Shown: positions 52,901-64,000 of the stretch, piece after piece
How positions within the stretch are numbered: position 1 is the stretch's first letter
Layout of the letters: each line of letters opens with the position of its first letter
Assembly: GCA_010909165.1 (NCBI GenBank)
Contig: MU008184.1
Coordinates: 682,001 to 746,000 of the forward strand
Source: Anthoceros angustus
Taxonomy: Eukaryota; Plantae; Anthocerotophyta
Direction of reading: 5' to 3'
Length of the DNA: 64,000 nucleotides
Program-made: the position numbers and the translations under genes
The notes under the pieces: generated by a model
The model's database searches: none
The model's input: the letters and a program-made list of their open reading frames with translations, nothing else
What the model was told of the DNA's origin: nothing

Positions 52901-55900
52901 AAATGTCCACGTGTTTGTCCTCCTCTCGTGCACAGTCGTCCAAGAACACCTCCATGAAGTCCCTCGGAATTCCGGAAGACATTGGTCACCATCCGCATAA
53001 ATGATCCGGGTGCTCTGTCATCCGAAGGCACTCCGTTTGTAGGCAAGCGTCCCCACTCCGTGGTGAATGTTGTCTTATCGGTCAGGCTCCCTTAGGTGTA
53101 GCGGTTGTGGCCAGATGGCCGTCAAGAAGGAGTAGGTACTCGCTGCCACCTTGTCCGATATCGTCCACAAAGGGCATGGGAAATGGTCCTTTTCGTGGCG
53201 GCGTTAAGCTTTCTCCGATCTGTGGACCGAATGCCCTGCTTCTTGACGACCACAATGGGCGCCACCCACTCCTTTATTCACGATTGGGAAGATGATGTCG
53301 CTTCCGGATACTTATCCGGGACTTCCTTGACCTTGGCGAGTGCTTGGGATTGATTTATCTTGCCTAATCCGAGCAGGCACGCTCACGGCTTCAGATCTAT
53401 CCGGTGTTATTTGTTTGAATGCCTTCATGTGACCTTGAAAGCGAACACCTGTTGAATTCAAGTGAGGTCTTGTTTAACTCGATGGCATACCCTTGCGAAT
53501 TTGAATTTGGCCACCGTGCTCGCGATCCGTTCTAGTAGCGCTTCCACCCACAGTGCGATGATTTGCCACCAAGATGTACCGCTTTTGTGTGTGCCTGGTC
53601 GTTGGTACAAGTCGATGCCCACTTCTCAAAAGGCGCTAGTGCTAGTATGGGCACTAACGGCCATTGAGTTGTGGCGTCGGCTTCCGATCGACAAGCATCA
53701 CACTTCACAATTGGTGTGTTTCCCCATACATGGTGGGCCACGGTACCCGACCTCAAGATTTTCTTGGTGGTGACTGCGCATAATGTCCACCACCTAGTCC
53801 TTCGTGCATCCCCTTTATTACCACCTCTCACTCCGCTTGTTGGAGGTACCTTCGTTCCACGCCATCCGGCCCCACCTTAAAGATGCAACCGTTATACAAC
53901 CGAAAAGGCGAGCGTAGTGCACAAAGGCACCTGGACCGGTTCGATTCGTTGGTAGCTCCATCTCCCATAGGTACCGTTCCAACTCCGCATAAGAGGCCGC
54001 CCCGTCGCTCCCTTCTCCGCTTGGTGGGTCCGCTGTCCCCGGCTTAGGGTTTGTCGGTGTGCTCCTCTACCTCCTCCTCTATCGCCAATTCCTCATCCAG
54101 GCGTCCTCTTGATCCTGCGGGGCTCGTCTTTAACTGGACAAGAAGTCGGCGTTTGGTGTTGCTTCCTTGCCTAGTCTCCACCTCAAATGTGAACTCCTGT
54201 AGCAGAATCCACCTCGCAATTCCACAAGTGCCTTGTTCACCAAAGTGCTTGGCCAGTGATCAACATAGAACACAAACTCATTGGGCGGGAAGGTAGTCGA
54301 ATTTTTCTTAGCGTATACCATTCCAATGCCTCTCGCTCCGTAGTAGTGTACCTCCGTTCGCGTCGTGAGCTGTCTTCCAGCGTAGTAGATTGGGTGATCC
54401 CTCGTTTATCATCTTTTGGTGAGCACTCGATGGCGGTGACACATCCATACACATGGAATCGCTTCCCCGGTCCGGTCCTTTGAGTCTTTGGGGGCGGAGT
54501 GGTGCAGGTCTCTGAATGCCGCCTCCCTCTGGCGTCGGTCCATTCCTCCTCCTTCTGAGTAGCTCTGTTAGCACAGAGGCCCGCTTTGCAAAATCTTGTG
54601 AAAGCCTATAGTAACCCACCATGCCCGGGAATCCCGTAACTCCTTCAAGTTCGTTGGTGGGCTGCGAGGGGGGATGACTTTCACCTTGTCTTGGTCCACC
54701 TCTATCCCTCTTCGACACTCGGTGCCCCAACAAGATTCCCTCTGTCATGCAGTAGCATTTCTCGGGATGCGAGCGCAGTTGAGTCTCCTACATCGTTCCA
54801 AACACTTCCAAATGTCCCCGTGTTTGTCCTCCTCTCGTGCACAGTCGTCCAAGAACACCTCCATGAAGTCCCTCGGAATTCCGGAAGACATTGGTCACCA
54901 TCCGCATAAATGATCCGGGTGCTCTGTCATCCGAAGGCACTCCGTTTGTAGGCAAGCGTCCCCACTCCGTGGTGAATGTTGTCTTATCGGTCAGGCTCCC
55001 TTAGGTGTAGCGGTTGTGGCCGAGTAGTATCAAGAAGGAGTAGGTACTCGTCAGCCACCTTGTCGATATGTCGTCCACAAAGGGCATGGGAAATGGTCCT
55101 TTTTGTGGCGGCGTTAAGCTTTCTCCGATCTGTGGACCGAATCTGCCCTGCTTCTTGGCACGACCACAATGGGCGCCACCCACTCCTTTGTTCGATTGGG
55201 AAGATGATGTCGCTTCCGGATACTTATCCGGGACTTCCTTGACCTTGGCGAGTGCTTGGGATTGATTTATCTTGCCTAATCCGAGCAGGCACGCTCACGG
55301 CTTCAGATCTATCCGTTATTCGCCTTTGTTTGAATGCCTTCATGTCCCTTGAAAGCGAACACCTCGTGAATTCTGTGAGGTCTTGTTTAACTCGATGGCA
55401 TACCCTTGAATTTTAGGAATTTCCACAGGCGAACCTCCACGTCTTCCACATCGTCGGGTTGTCTCTCTTTCCCTCGCCGCTTCACTCGTCAAGCCATCAT
55501 CCTCTACCGCGGTTCATCTTCACGCATTCCCCACTCGGAAGAGTTCGTCAGTGAACAGGTTACTTCTTGAGTCCTCCTCATCGGAGGGTTCCCCTTTTGT
55601 TGTCCTCCGACTTCCACTTGGCGGTGATCACCTCGCTCCAAAGGTGTCCCTTGATAGTCCATTTTCTTCTTCGACCACGTGATTTTGGGAAAGGGTAGTC
55701 CTCATTCGTATCCTCGCTCATCGTCCCCTTGTCTTGACGGAGGTGTACCCTACTGTGGTCTTGTGGTTTCACCAGATGTGTCCTTACTCAGTGTCGCTAC
55801 CGTCCTTCCCTCACCTTGGATCCCAGTCCACGGCTTGAAGTGTATTTCCTTCCGTCCAAGTGTAGTTTTGTCGCGAGGCCAAGGCCGCTAGCAGGACCTC

Positions 55901-56300
55901 ATGCAGTCGGCGGGTCGATGACGAAATCTAATGTATAGGGGCTCCGCTATGGTGGCTTGGACTCGGGACAACTCCCCTGCTGGCTCGCCGCGACATGTCC
56001 GCCATCCACGAGGGTTTTGGTGGATGGCTCGAAGGTGGTGAACCCGGCCGTCTTGCGGTGGCCTCGGTGATGAGGTTCACTCGACCCGTGTCTAGAGGCA
56101 CGTTTTAATTACACACCCGCAATTTCCACACACTGCTGGCGCCCGAGTCCGTATGAGATCGACCCTTACCTCACGTTCTTGCCCTTAGGACCAAGGAGTT
56201 CCGGCGTGGTTGCGTTTCACGATGGCCTTAGGACTTCACAGCCGATGCCGGGTTGTCTTTTAACAAGCGCCTAAGGGACACCAAGTGTTGTTGGTCCATC
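49931..56300 (-). pseudogene. pol: pol (protease, RT, RNase H, integrase), frameshifted and partly duplicated
   Basis: RT: DRRKLNAAT..PFPMPFVDDI, TTFTTEWG, MPFG, FMEVFL; RH: FHVYVDVSAFAIGVVLSQ..PIYYAGRQLTHAERRYTTTEREALGMVYAVKK..SGRIARWILLLQEFTFEV; INT: MHEGLGGGHYA..GYWWPTMY..VKKCDAC, GIDFAGP, GTHFLN, LRWMGP; no chromodomain seen. Confidence 0.92.
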
Positions 56301-58850
56301 ATCAAGTCGGCCACCTTGAAAGGGCGGGTGGTTCTCTGCGTCACGCGTCGCCTTGTCTCCTCCGGTTTGGCTCGTTGTGGTGGTCGGACCACTACAGGTC
56401 TGTCGGAGTTCTTCTTGAAGCATCTCGGTCACTTCTCGGACCACATCCGGTGGAAACTGCGGCGTTGCCGTAGGTGAGTCCGCTTCTCCGGAGACTCCCG
56501 GTGGCTTTTGGGAGTTCTTCTCTGGCGGGGCTGCCGGTTAACTTCGTCCTCTTTGGCGGGTTCGGCTTCCTTCAGCGGGTGTTCCGTCCTCCGTATCCGT
56601 GGGACTATCCCCATTTTCTTCCTCTTGCTCTCCGTTCCTTCGCTCCTTGGCGACTCGGGTTGACACTTCCGGTACCTCGGTCCGCCTTCTTCTCCTTGGC
56701 GAACTTGCCCGTACCACCTCGTTCGAGCTCCTCGGTGCCTCCTCCCCTCCTTGGTTGTCGTCTTCAATTTGTACAGGCGCCGCCTTAGGGAGGGCGTGGC
56801 GGTCGGCTCCCGGGGTGGCGTGGCGCACCGTCCTCGGCGAGGTTCGGACACAGTCTTGCACCATGTGCCCGCACCTTCAATCTCCACAGGCGTTCAAAGT
56901 CCCGTTACCTTGCGGTGGGGTATGGGCACGCGTTGGAGTAGTGCGGGGTTCCACAGTTCCAGAGACCACCGCCACGAGAATTCTGGAGGGCTCCCATGCG
57001 GTCTTGCATCGGAGGTCGATGCAGACGGACCAGCTGTGTACATCGTCACAGGATCTGGTCCGGTTGCTTCTTGCACTTGGTATGCATCCTCCCATGTTCC
57101 TCGGACTCTTCCCGTAGTCGCCTCCACAGTTCACGGGCGGAGGGGCGATTGGCCTTGAATGCCCATGTTGGTGACACACACCACAAATGAGTCGGACCGT
57201 GGTGGCCACCGCCCGCGTTCTTTATCCTTCACGGTTGATCGTCAACTCCTCCACCCTCTTCATTACCGTTCTAGATCTTCCCTCGGCCGCTACTTCCTTC
57301 AAAGGAGTGGGTCGGTGGACCTCTCGTCTCGGGGGCATGACCTCCTTCTTTTCCACCTCCATTCGGCTTCTTCTTCTTTATTTTTTGTGAGTTCTTCTTC
57401 TTCCATGACCTCCTCCTCTTCCTCCGCCTTGTCGTCTTCAATTTATAGCGCCGCCTTAGGGAGGGCGTGGCGGTCGGCTCCCGGAGGGGTGGCGTGCGCA
57501 CCGTCCTCGGCGAGGGTTCGGACACAGTCTTGCACGCCATGTGCCCTGCTTGATCTCCAGGCGTTCAAAGTCCCGTTACCTTGCGGTGGGGTATGGGCGC
57601 ATTGGAGTAGTGCGGGGTTCCCAGTTCCAGACCACGCCACGAGAATTCACGGAGGCTCCCATGCGGTCTTGCGAGTCGATGCAGACGGACCAGCTGTGGG
57701 TACATCGTCACAGGATCGTGGTCCCGGTTGTGCTTCTTGCACTTGGTCATCCTCCCATTCCTCGGACTCTTCCCGTAGTCATACTCCACGGTTCCACGGG
57801 CGGAGGCGGTTGGCCTTGAATGCCCATGTTGGTGACACACACCACAAATGAGTCGGACCGTGGTGGCCACCTTACGCCGTTCTTTATCCTTCACGGTTGA
57901 TCGTCAACTCCTCCACCTCTTCATTACCGTTCTAGATCTTCCCTCGGCTACTTCCTTCAAAGGAGTGGGTCGGTGGACCTCTTGCATGCGGGCATCATGA
58001 CCTCCTTCTTTTCCACCCTCCGCGACTACGGGCTTCTTCTTCTTTGTTTTGGGGTTCTTCTTCTTGACCTCCTCGGATTCTTCTTGAGTCCTCTTCCTCT
58101 TCCTCCGAAGTGCCTCGGTCTCATCATCCTCCTCTTTCAGGGTTCTTCATCTTGGTCCGACCCCGTTTCTTCTTTTTCTTCTTTCCTCCTGGAGGAGTCC
58201 TCGGCCGTCGTTGGTGCATCGATTCTTCATAGTTCTCCGCCGGACCGCCTTGCTCACATCTTTCTGCCAGCGGCGTGCAGCCGGCTTGGATAAGCCAGCT
58301 GCGAACCAACGTACCGCCTGCATGGTAGTGTGAGTGGGGTGCCGGTCCCGCAGCGCGTAGAACCGTTCGATGTACGATCCCAACTTCTCCGTCTTTCCTC
58401 GCTTCAGGTTCTCGAGTTTGGACAAGACGTAGCCTTCTTGATCGATTCCGCGGAATCTTTCTAAGAAGGCATCCTTCAATCTTGAAGGTTGCGGTGCGTT
58501 ACGGTGTGGTATTTCCTCCGATACCAGCAGCGGCTACCGTGGACCCTTGGAGCAGTGAAATGCGTCCAGACCTTCTCCGTTGAAGTTTGCCGGACACAAT
58601 CCTCCACGAAGGTTTCGCGTCTCTCCTTCTTACCTCCAAAGAGAATCGCTTGCTTGGTCGGCGTTGTTGCCATCGCGATCGGTAAGGTGAGGAACCGCCA
58701 CGACTTGGTCTCGTCCTCCTCTCGATCCGACAACTCCACCACCTTACTGTTGGTGTCCTCGCCTCGAGCTCGTCGTCTCACGTGCGCTGCTCGGGCGCTC
58801 GGCGATCTGGCGTCCGACTCTCTCGATTCTTCCTTAACTACCTCCGTCCT
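56300..58850 (-). pseudogene. gag: gag with several Cys/His knuckles, frameshifted; 56760-57330 duplicated at ~57425-58010
   Basis: LKDAFLERFRGIDQEGYVLSKLENLKRGKTEKLGSYIERF (capsid MHR-like); LICGVCHQHGH and further CxxC..H motifs. Confidence 0.8.
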
Positions 58851-58880
58851 CCACGCATCCACGCTTGCTGAGCGATTTCA

Positions 58881-58893
58881 TTCCCGGGCGCCA
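58881..58893 (-). promoter_or_regulatory. Primer-binding site
   Basis: Minus strand ..CCACA-TTT-TGGCGCCCGGGAA; TGG is complementary to the tRNA 3' CCA, and TGGCGCC is typical of Athila/Tat-group PBSs. Confidence 0.85.
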
Positions 58894-58896
58894 AAA

Positions 58897-61800
58897 TGTG
58901 GCGCGACTTTTCGCGGACGGTAGCGCACAATCCGTGTCGTTGTAGGAAGAGTCCGTTCCCAAAGGAATGAAGGCTCCGTTTGCGGCGTTTGATTCTTCTT
59001 ACTTCGTCACTCGGTCCTCGCGCACACATTCACGTCTACTACTTACCACGGGCCGGTATGGCCAAGCGTTTGAGACCCGTTCGCGTCCGTATCGTTCACG
59101 TTCGTCTCTCACACCTCTCTCCTCCTCTCTCACACTACACTTATCGGTCTTAGGAAAACGCGGGTTACGTCGGACCTCCTCTCGTTCCAAGGCCTCCGTC
59201 CGGGCTGCCGCCCTCCGAGTCCCTCCGGCTCACACGTTCGGTCCGTTCGGTCGGGCTCGGGCGAGCACGGGTCCCGATCACCCTTCCACTGCACACACCA
59301 CAACACGTTAGGTCGTCACGGGACCACGATCAATCCCTCCGGGTCGCCGTGCACCTTTCGGTGACTCGGGACTCACGTTAGCAGAAGACACAAGGTGCAA
59401 GCAGCATCAACACCAAGAAAGATGATTTATTGAGCGGCCCTCTTATACTACGCCGGTCGGCGTCTTTATTACACCTCTATTACGGGCGGCCCGGCTCGGT
59501 GTACTGTCGGCCGCCTACCATCCTATTTCCCTCCTCCTATCTCCTTCGCCGGTGGGTGGGAAGGTCCAGTTCCGCCTTGGGATTGGTGGTCCAATCTCCG
59601 CCACGACAATCGGCGCAATCGGATGATCGCGGGGCCCCTCCTTTCCCGGAATCACAGCCGGGTTGGGCTCGTGGCGGCACCGCCGTTACCTCGTCATCCT
59701 CCCCTCCCGTGGGTCCCCTCGGTGGGGCCCCATTGTCGCTCCTAGCGTAAGTCGAGGGCTCCTCCTTGGGGTCGGACCTCGAGGTCGGTCTCGACTCCGA
59801 ACTGAACTCCAAGGTCGGTTTATTTCCGAGTCCCAGGTGGGGTCGGCCTCGTCTCGGGGTTCGGACCTCGGGGTCCGTGCCTTAAGTCCGATCTCCAAAC
59901 TCGGACCCCTTCACCTGTGGACCTCGTCTTGCTAGGTCCTCCTCCTTACCCCCGACCCTTGTCTTGGTCGGTTGGCTCCCCGGTTGCACCCTTGCCCCTC
60001 ACCCCCCTCTCCGGATCGGGTGGTGGTGAACTTACCTTGGGGTCAGCTGCGTCCGCTCCTCCGGGGCTCCTCCTTGTGCCGTCGTCTCCAAGCAGGGCCC
60101 CTAGGGTCCTGTCTTTGTCCGTGCCCTTCTTCCCCTCAGGGCCTTCCGGGGCCGTCTATTGCGTGGAGGCCTCTGCCAGCTCGGTGTGGTAATAGGCAAA
60201 GTCCGAATCCACTTCTGGATTGCCTCTTCCACGGAGCCGATACTCCTTCGCCATTGATGCTCGGGAGTGAGCACTTGCCCGCTTGTTGCTCCACCTCCCA
60301 CTTGAGTTGGATAGGCAGGCTGCTTCTGTGGTGCAGGCTGCCTCGGTCACCTCCGCATCGTCGGCTGTTGCTCCTCCAACTCTCCGTTTCCGTTCATGCC
60401 CGACTTACGCCCGTGGCGTTCCCTTCCGACTTCCTCTGGACGGCGGCTTCTTATGCCTTCCGGCGCCCTCCTTGTCCATTACGGCGTTAACTCCGCCATC
60501 TCCGCTCCAGGCGGTCGGGCAACACGGCGGCTGCGGGCTTCACCAGCCCTTTTCCATCTCGGCGGCGTCACGCTCCTGTTCCATCGCCCTCCGTCCAGCG
60601 GGCGGGCCGCTCTATTCGGTCGCGTTCGCGACCATGTCCTCTGACTACCATTCCTCTCAATGATAGTTTGGGCTGCGGCTCAAAGTCTCCTTGCGGTCCT
60701 CCATCTCCCGCCTGCTCCACCTCCGGGTGAGTCGGAGATCCTCCACCTCCTTGTGGCGACTTCTTGGGCTGGTTGGTCGCGCTTGCTCGCCACCTCCTGC
60801 TCCATCTTGAGGCGGTGGGCGCTCTATCTCGCTCGAAGTCTTGGATTCTCCATTGAGAATTCCTTGCTTTCCGTGCATCTTAGTTGTAACTCCAAGGTGT
60901 CCTTCTTGTCCTCCAACTCCTGCGCCTCCTTCTACCTCTGCTGCGCCACAGGGTCCCCGATTTCCGGGTCTTGGCCTCAGTGTTTACCTGCTCGTGCTTG
61001 CTCCTGACCACTTGCTCGGCCTTGATTGGCGTGGCTCTCGGCCTCCCTCCACCGGTTCGATCACGCGATAGTGATCGCGATCGGCCTCGTGGCCTCCGCC
61101 TCCTTGGCCACCTTCACGAGCCTCTCGAGCTCTGGTCGTCCGGTGCCTCGCGGATCCGCGCCCGTTACGCTTGCGCCGGGCGTCCTCGCTTCTGCTGCGC
61201 TCGCCTCTGCTGCGGAGGTCCCGCCAGCTTGGGCCTCCTTGGCACCTTGGTGTTCCTCCGGTGAAGGAATTTGGTCCGGTCCTTGCGGATGGACGGACCT
61301 CCCTCTCGCCTCCGGCGTTTCCCTTCCTCAATCCGGAGCTTGGCCTTCCTTCTCGCCTCTGGGCTCCCTCCAAGCTGCTGGAGGAGTACCATGCGCCTCG
61401 GGTGGCTTCTACCTCACAGGTCTTCTCGGCCATCCCGAGACCCCAGGCATTGATCCATGGCAGTAGCAGGACCGCCGTGTTTCTTCCACGGCGGCAGTGA
61501 GGCTCCCACAAAGTCCGTGGCGGGGCCGGCATCTCCGATCCGAGGACCTCCCTGTGTCCGGAGTAAGTCCGGTGGGTTCTCGGACCTAATCGGGACCCTT
61601 AGGTCACGAGTCTTGCTCGGGCTTCCCCTCCTTGGCCCTTTTGGCGCGAGCTCCTTCTCGCCCTTTTCCTCACAGGGCTCGGAGGAGGTGAGAGTCGGGA
61701 GCAAGCCTTTTGCCCCTTCGGCAGCGGACCCGGCTCGGTGCTGCAGTGTCCTCCGCTCACAGGCGTCCCTTTACGCCCTCCTTCTTGCTTCCTCCGCTTC

Positions 61801-63371
61801 TTGCCACTCAGGTGGCGGGGAAGAATCTTGCGGGTGAGCGTTGGTAGCCGTGGTCTTGCGTCTCTTGGCTCCCTCACAGTCGGGGCTCCTCGGTAGGAGT
61901 GATGGCCGGTGGCGGGGCTGGGGTCGGGCGCTTCTGTGGGCTGCTCTGGTTGGGGCACGGAAGGAGGAGGCGAATTTCTTCCATACTTCCACAGGTGGTG
62001 AGGGGTCCGTTCAGACGTATGGAGTCAGGAATCCTCGATCGTCCTCCTCCGAGTCCGTTTGGCTTTTGCCTCCTCCCCTCGGCGCCCTTGCCGCTCCACT
62101 TCGGCGGGGCCTCCGGTCCTTTCGGGCGCTCGCTCAAGCTCTCCTTCCTTGAGGAGCTCGAAATGCCCCATACATGGATCGGTATGGGGCGGCCCAGATG
62201 GCGAGGCTTCTCGGTCACAGCTTGCGAGCCTCTGGCTAAGCAGGCGAAATAATCCTTCCCAGTCCGCCCTCTTTCCGGCGCTGCGGGAATACCAGTGATT
62301 ATCACCAAGGTGATCCACCTTGGTGAGTAGGTTCGATGGACAATGATCGGGCCACCGCCTCGGTATCAGCAGTCGGATATCGACCAACCGTTGGTGGTCG
62401 TTGCGTCGAGCCTTAGCATGCTGTGGGGCCCTATCTTCCCGCCTTGAGGGCTCGGCACCCTCCCCTCTTCCTCCTTTGGGCGGTTGTAGGCCGCCTCGGA
62501 CCTCAAGGTCCATCGCCTTGGGTCCTCCGGAGGTTCTTGGACCGCACCTCCTTATTGACCGCCCGCATCTTGGCGAACTCCGGACAGTGAGTGTCAAATG
62601 TCGGACCATGGAACACATCCAAATGCCACTCCTGCACCAATTCTCCACTTCCTGGGCAGGCCCAAAGTCCGGATAGCGCGGGTCACAATGTTGCGCTCCA
62701 CAAGGTTCCATGGCTCCCAAACTTCCTTGGCTTTTGGGTGCCATCGCCTTCTCCTCCTTGGTTCTTGTAGCGCTTGAGAGGCTGGCAGCACGTTGCGCCT
62801 TCTTCGCCGTTCGGCTCCGACCTCAGCGGTGAGCGCAGCGGCGTCTGAGTGTCCACGAGATACCGCCAGGCCGGTTGCGGGCGCAAGAGATCGCGAGTGT
62901 CTCGGTGCCGTGACCTTCCTTCCGCTCCTTGGGAGTAACCGGGCGGGGCGCCTCTTCCACATCCGTGGCGAGTGCATGGCACTTACGCCTCCGCTTACTC
63001 ACGCCTTGGCGTACCTACGGCCTTCGCCGCGCGCGATCCAGCGTGAATACTGCTATAACTCTGGCAGGTCACGGTCTGGCGGTGCATGCCGTTCTCACTC
63101 GAGTTGCCCACGTGGCGTCGCTGGTCCGCTCCACGGCTCAACTCTGAGTTACTTTCAGGCGTGCCACCACAGGTCTTGGAGTGGGTCCGGACTTATCACA
63201 TTCGTGGCACCTACCATAGTAGGTCTGATGCGTTCCTCACTCGGTCCGGAGTATACTCAGTGTCTTGTCAGTGCTACCCATGCTTATTTCCCCTTTTCGC
63301 CTCATTTTATCCTTTACTCCTACAAAAAACAAACCCTACCTAATTTCTAACCCCGGGGAAGTCCGTAGACA
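58897..63371 (-). repeat. 5' LTR (~4.5 kb)
   Basis: Starts TGTGGCGCGACTTT at 58897; colinear with the 3' LTR; right end degenerate (GTCCGTAGACA). Confidence 0.9.
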
Positions 63372-64000
63372 GTCACAGTGAAGATGTCTGGTTGGTAGAC
63401 TGAAACCGTTGTGCATTGCGAGTGTCGGCGCATATGCGGGATAGGGTGGATGAAGTATTCGACCTTTGGGAGAAAGGTGAGCTACTAGGGCGGGGAAACA
63501 AAAAGGCGGCAAAGAGGAAAATCAAGCGTGGCGGCCTGAACTGAACCGGTGATGCGAGATCCGAATCTTATTATAAAGCCAATGCATGATGGCGGGTGTT
63601 CGAGGAATGCCTCGGGAGGCGGTGAGCGTATTATGCTATACGGAAAGTAATTCGAGGAGAGTTAAGCGTGAGCGGCATGAAGACATGGATCATAAAGGCA
63701 AAAAAGTTAAATGTGATACAAGCGACTTTACATTCGGGTTTTACGGTGTACGTCATTTGCAGAGGTTGAGAGAGAGTACCCACGGCACTCGACGACGGAT
63801 GATATCGCAAAGTTTCAACCGGTCTTCGACCACATCGTAAGTTATTCTCGTTGCTATCGGGTACTGTGGATTAGGGTGCGCGCACTTGTTTGCGCATCCC
63901 CATCAGTCAAATTTCACAATGCTTTTTGGTACTCGCGCTTTGCGGCGAAGAGTACAAAGAAAAGTCATTCGAGATAGCTTCAAAGAGCATATCAGCGCGG

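Larger units (their letters stand above)
44307..63371 (-). mobile_element. Full-length Ty3/Gypsy non-chromovirus LTR retrotransposon with very long LTRs
   Basis: Direct LTRs 44307-49917 and 58897-~63371 (TGTGG..CCACA); PBS and PPT adjacent to the LTRs; gag-PR-RT-RH-INT order on the minus strand. Confidence 0.93.

Noticed and set aside
44302-63382. Target-site duplication and insertion age for the LTR element
   Set aside because: The left flank GCCGT has no clean match at the degenerate right end, and indel noise prevents dating.

Overview
Eukaryotic nuclear DNA from an early-diverging land plant: compact genes with ~80-230 nt GT-AG introns, MIR156 hairpins and a helicase-less Dicer (hornwort/bryophyte-like; taxon is inference). 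The gene-rich left part (1-35 kb) contains, in order: the 3' end of glucosidase II alpha, a TIR/MITE-like element, a degraded MULE transposase, a legumain/VPE gene fragment, and an intact ~780-aa 'minimal' Dicer-like gene (platform-PAZ-RNase IIIa-RNase IIIb-dsRBD). In that Dicer the RNase IIIb catalytic Glu is replaced by Gln. Next come head-to-head dephospho-CoA kinase and guanosine deaminase genes, three MIR156 hairpins (two tandem on +, one convergent on -) preceded by a perfect 30-bp palindrome, and an ASHH2/SDG8 H3K36 methyltransferase with three small terminal exons missed by the ORF track that encode an SRI-like domain. The right part (37-64 kb) is a frameshifted DDD-type (Sola/DUF7869-like) DNA transposon with extra ORFs. 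It is interrupted by a ~19-kb Ty3/Gypsy retrotransposon (- strand) whose very long LTRs (~4.5-5.6 kb) each carry a ~4-kb protein-coding region in U3, behind a strong splice acceptor. The TE half shows many small indels and ~0.5-kb tandem duplications that may be long-read assembly or polishing noise.
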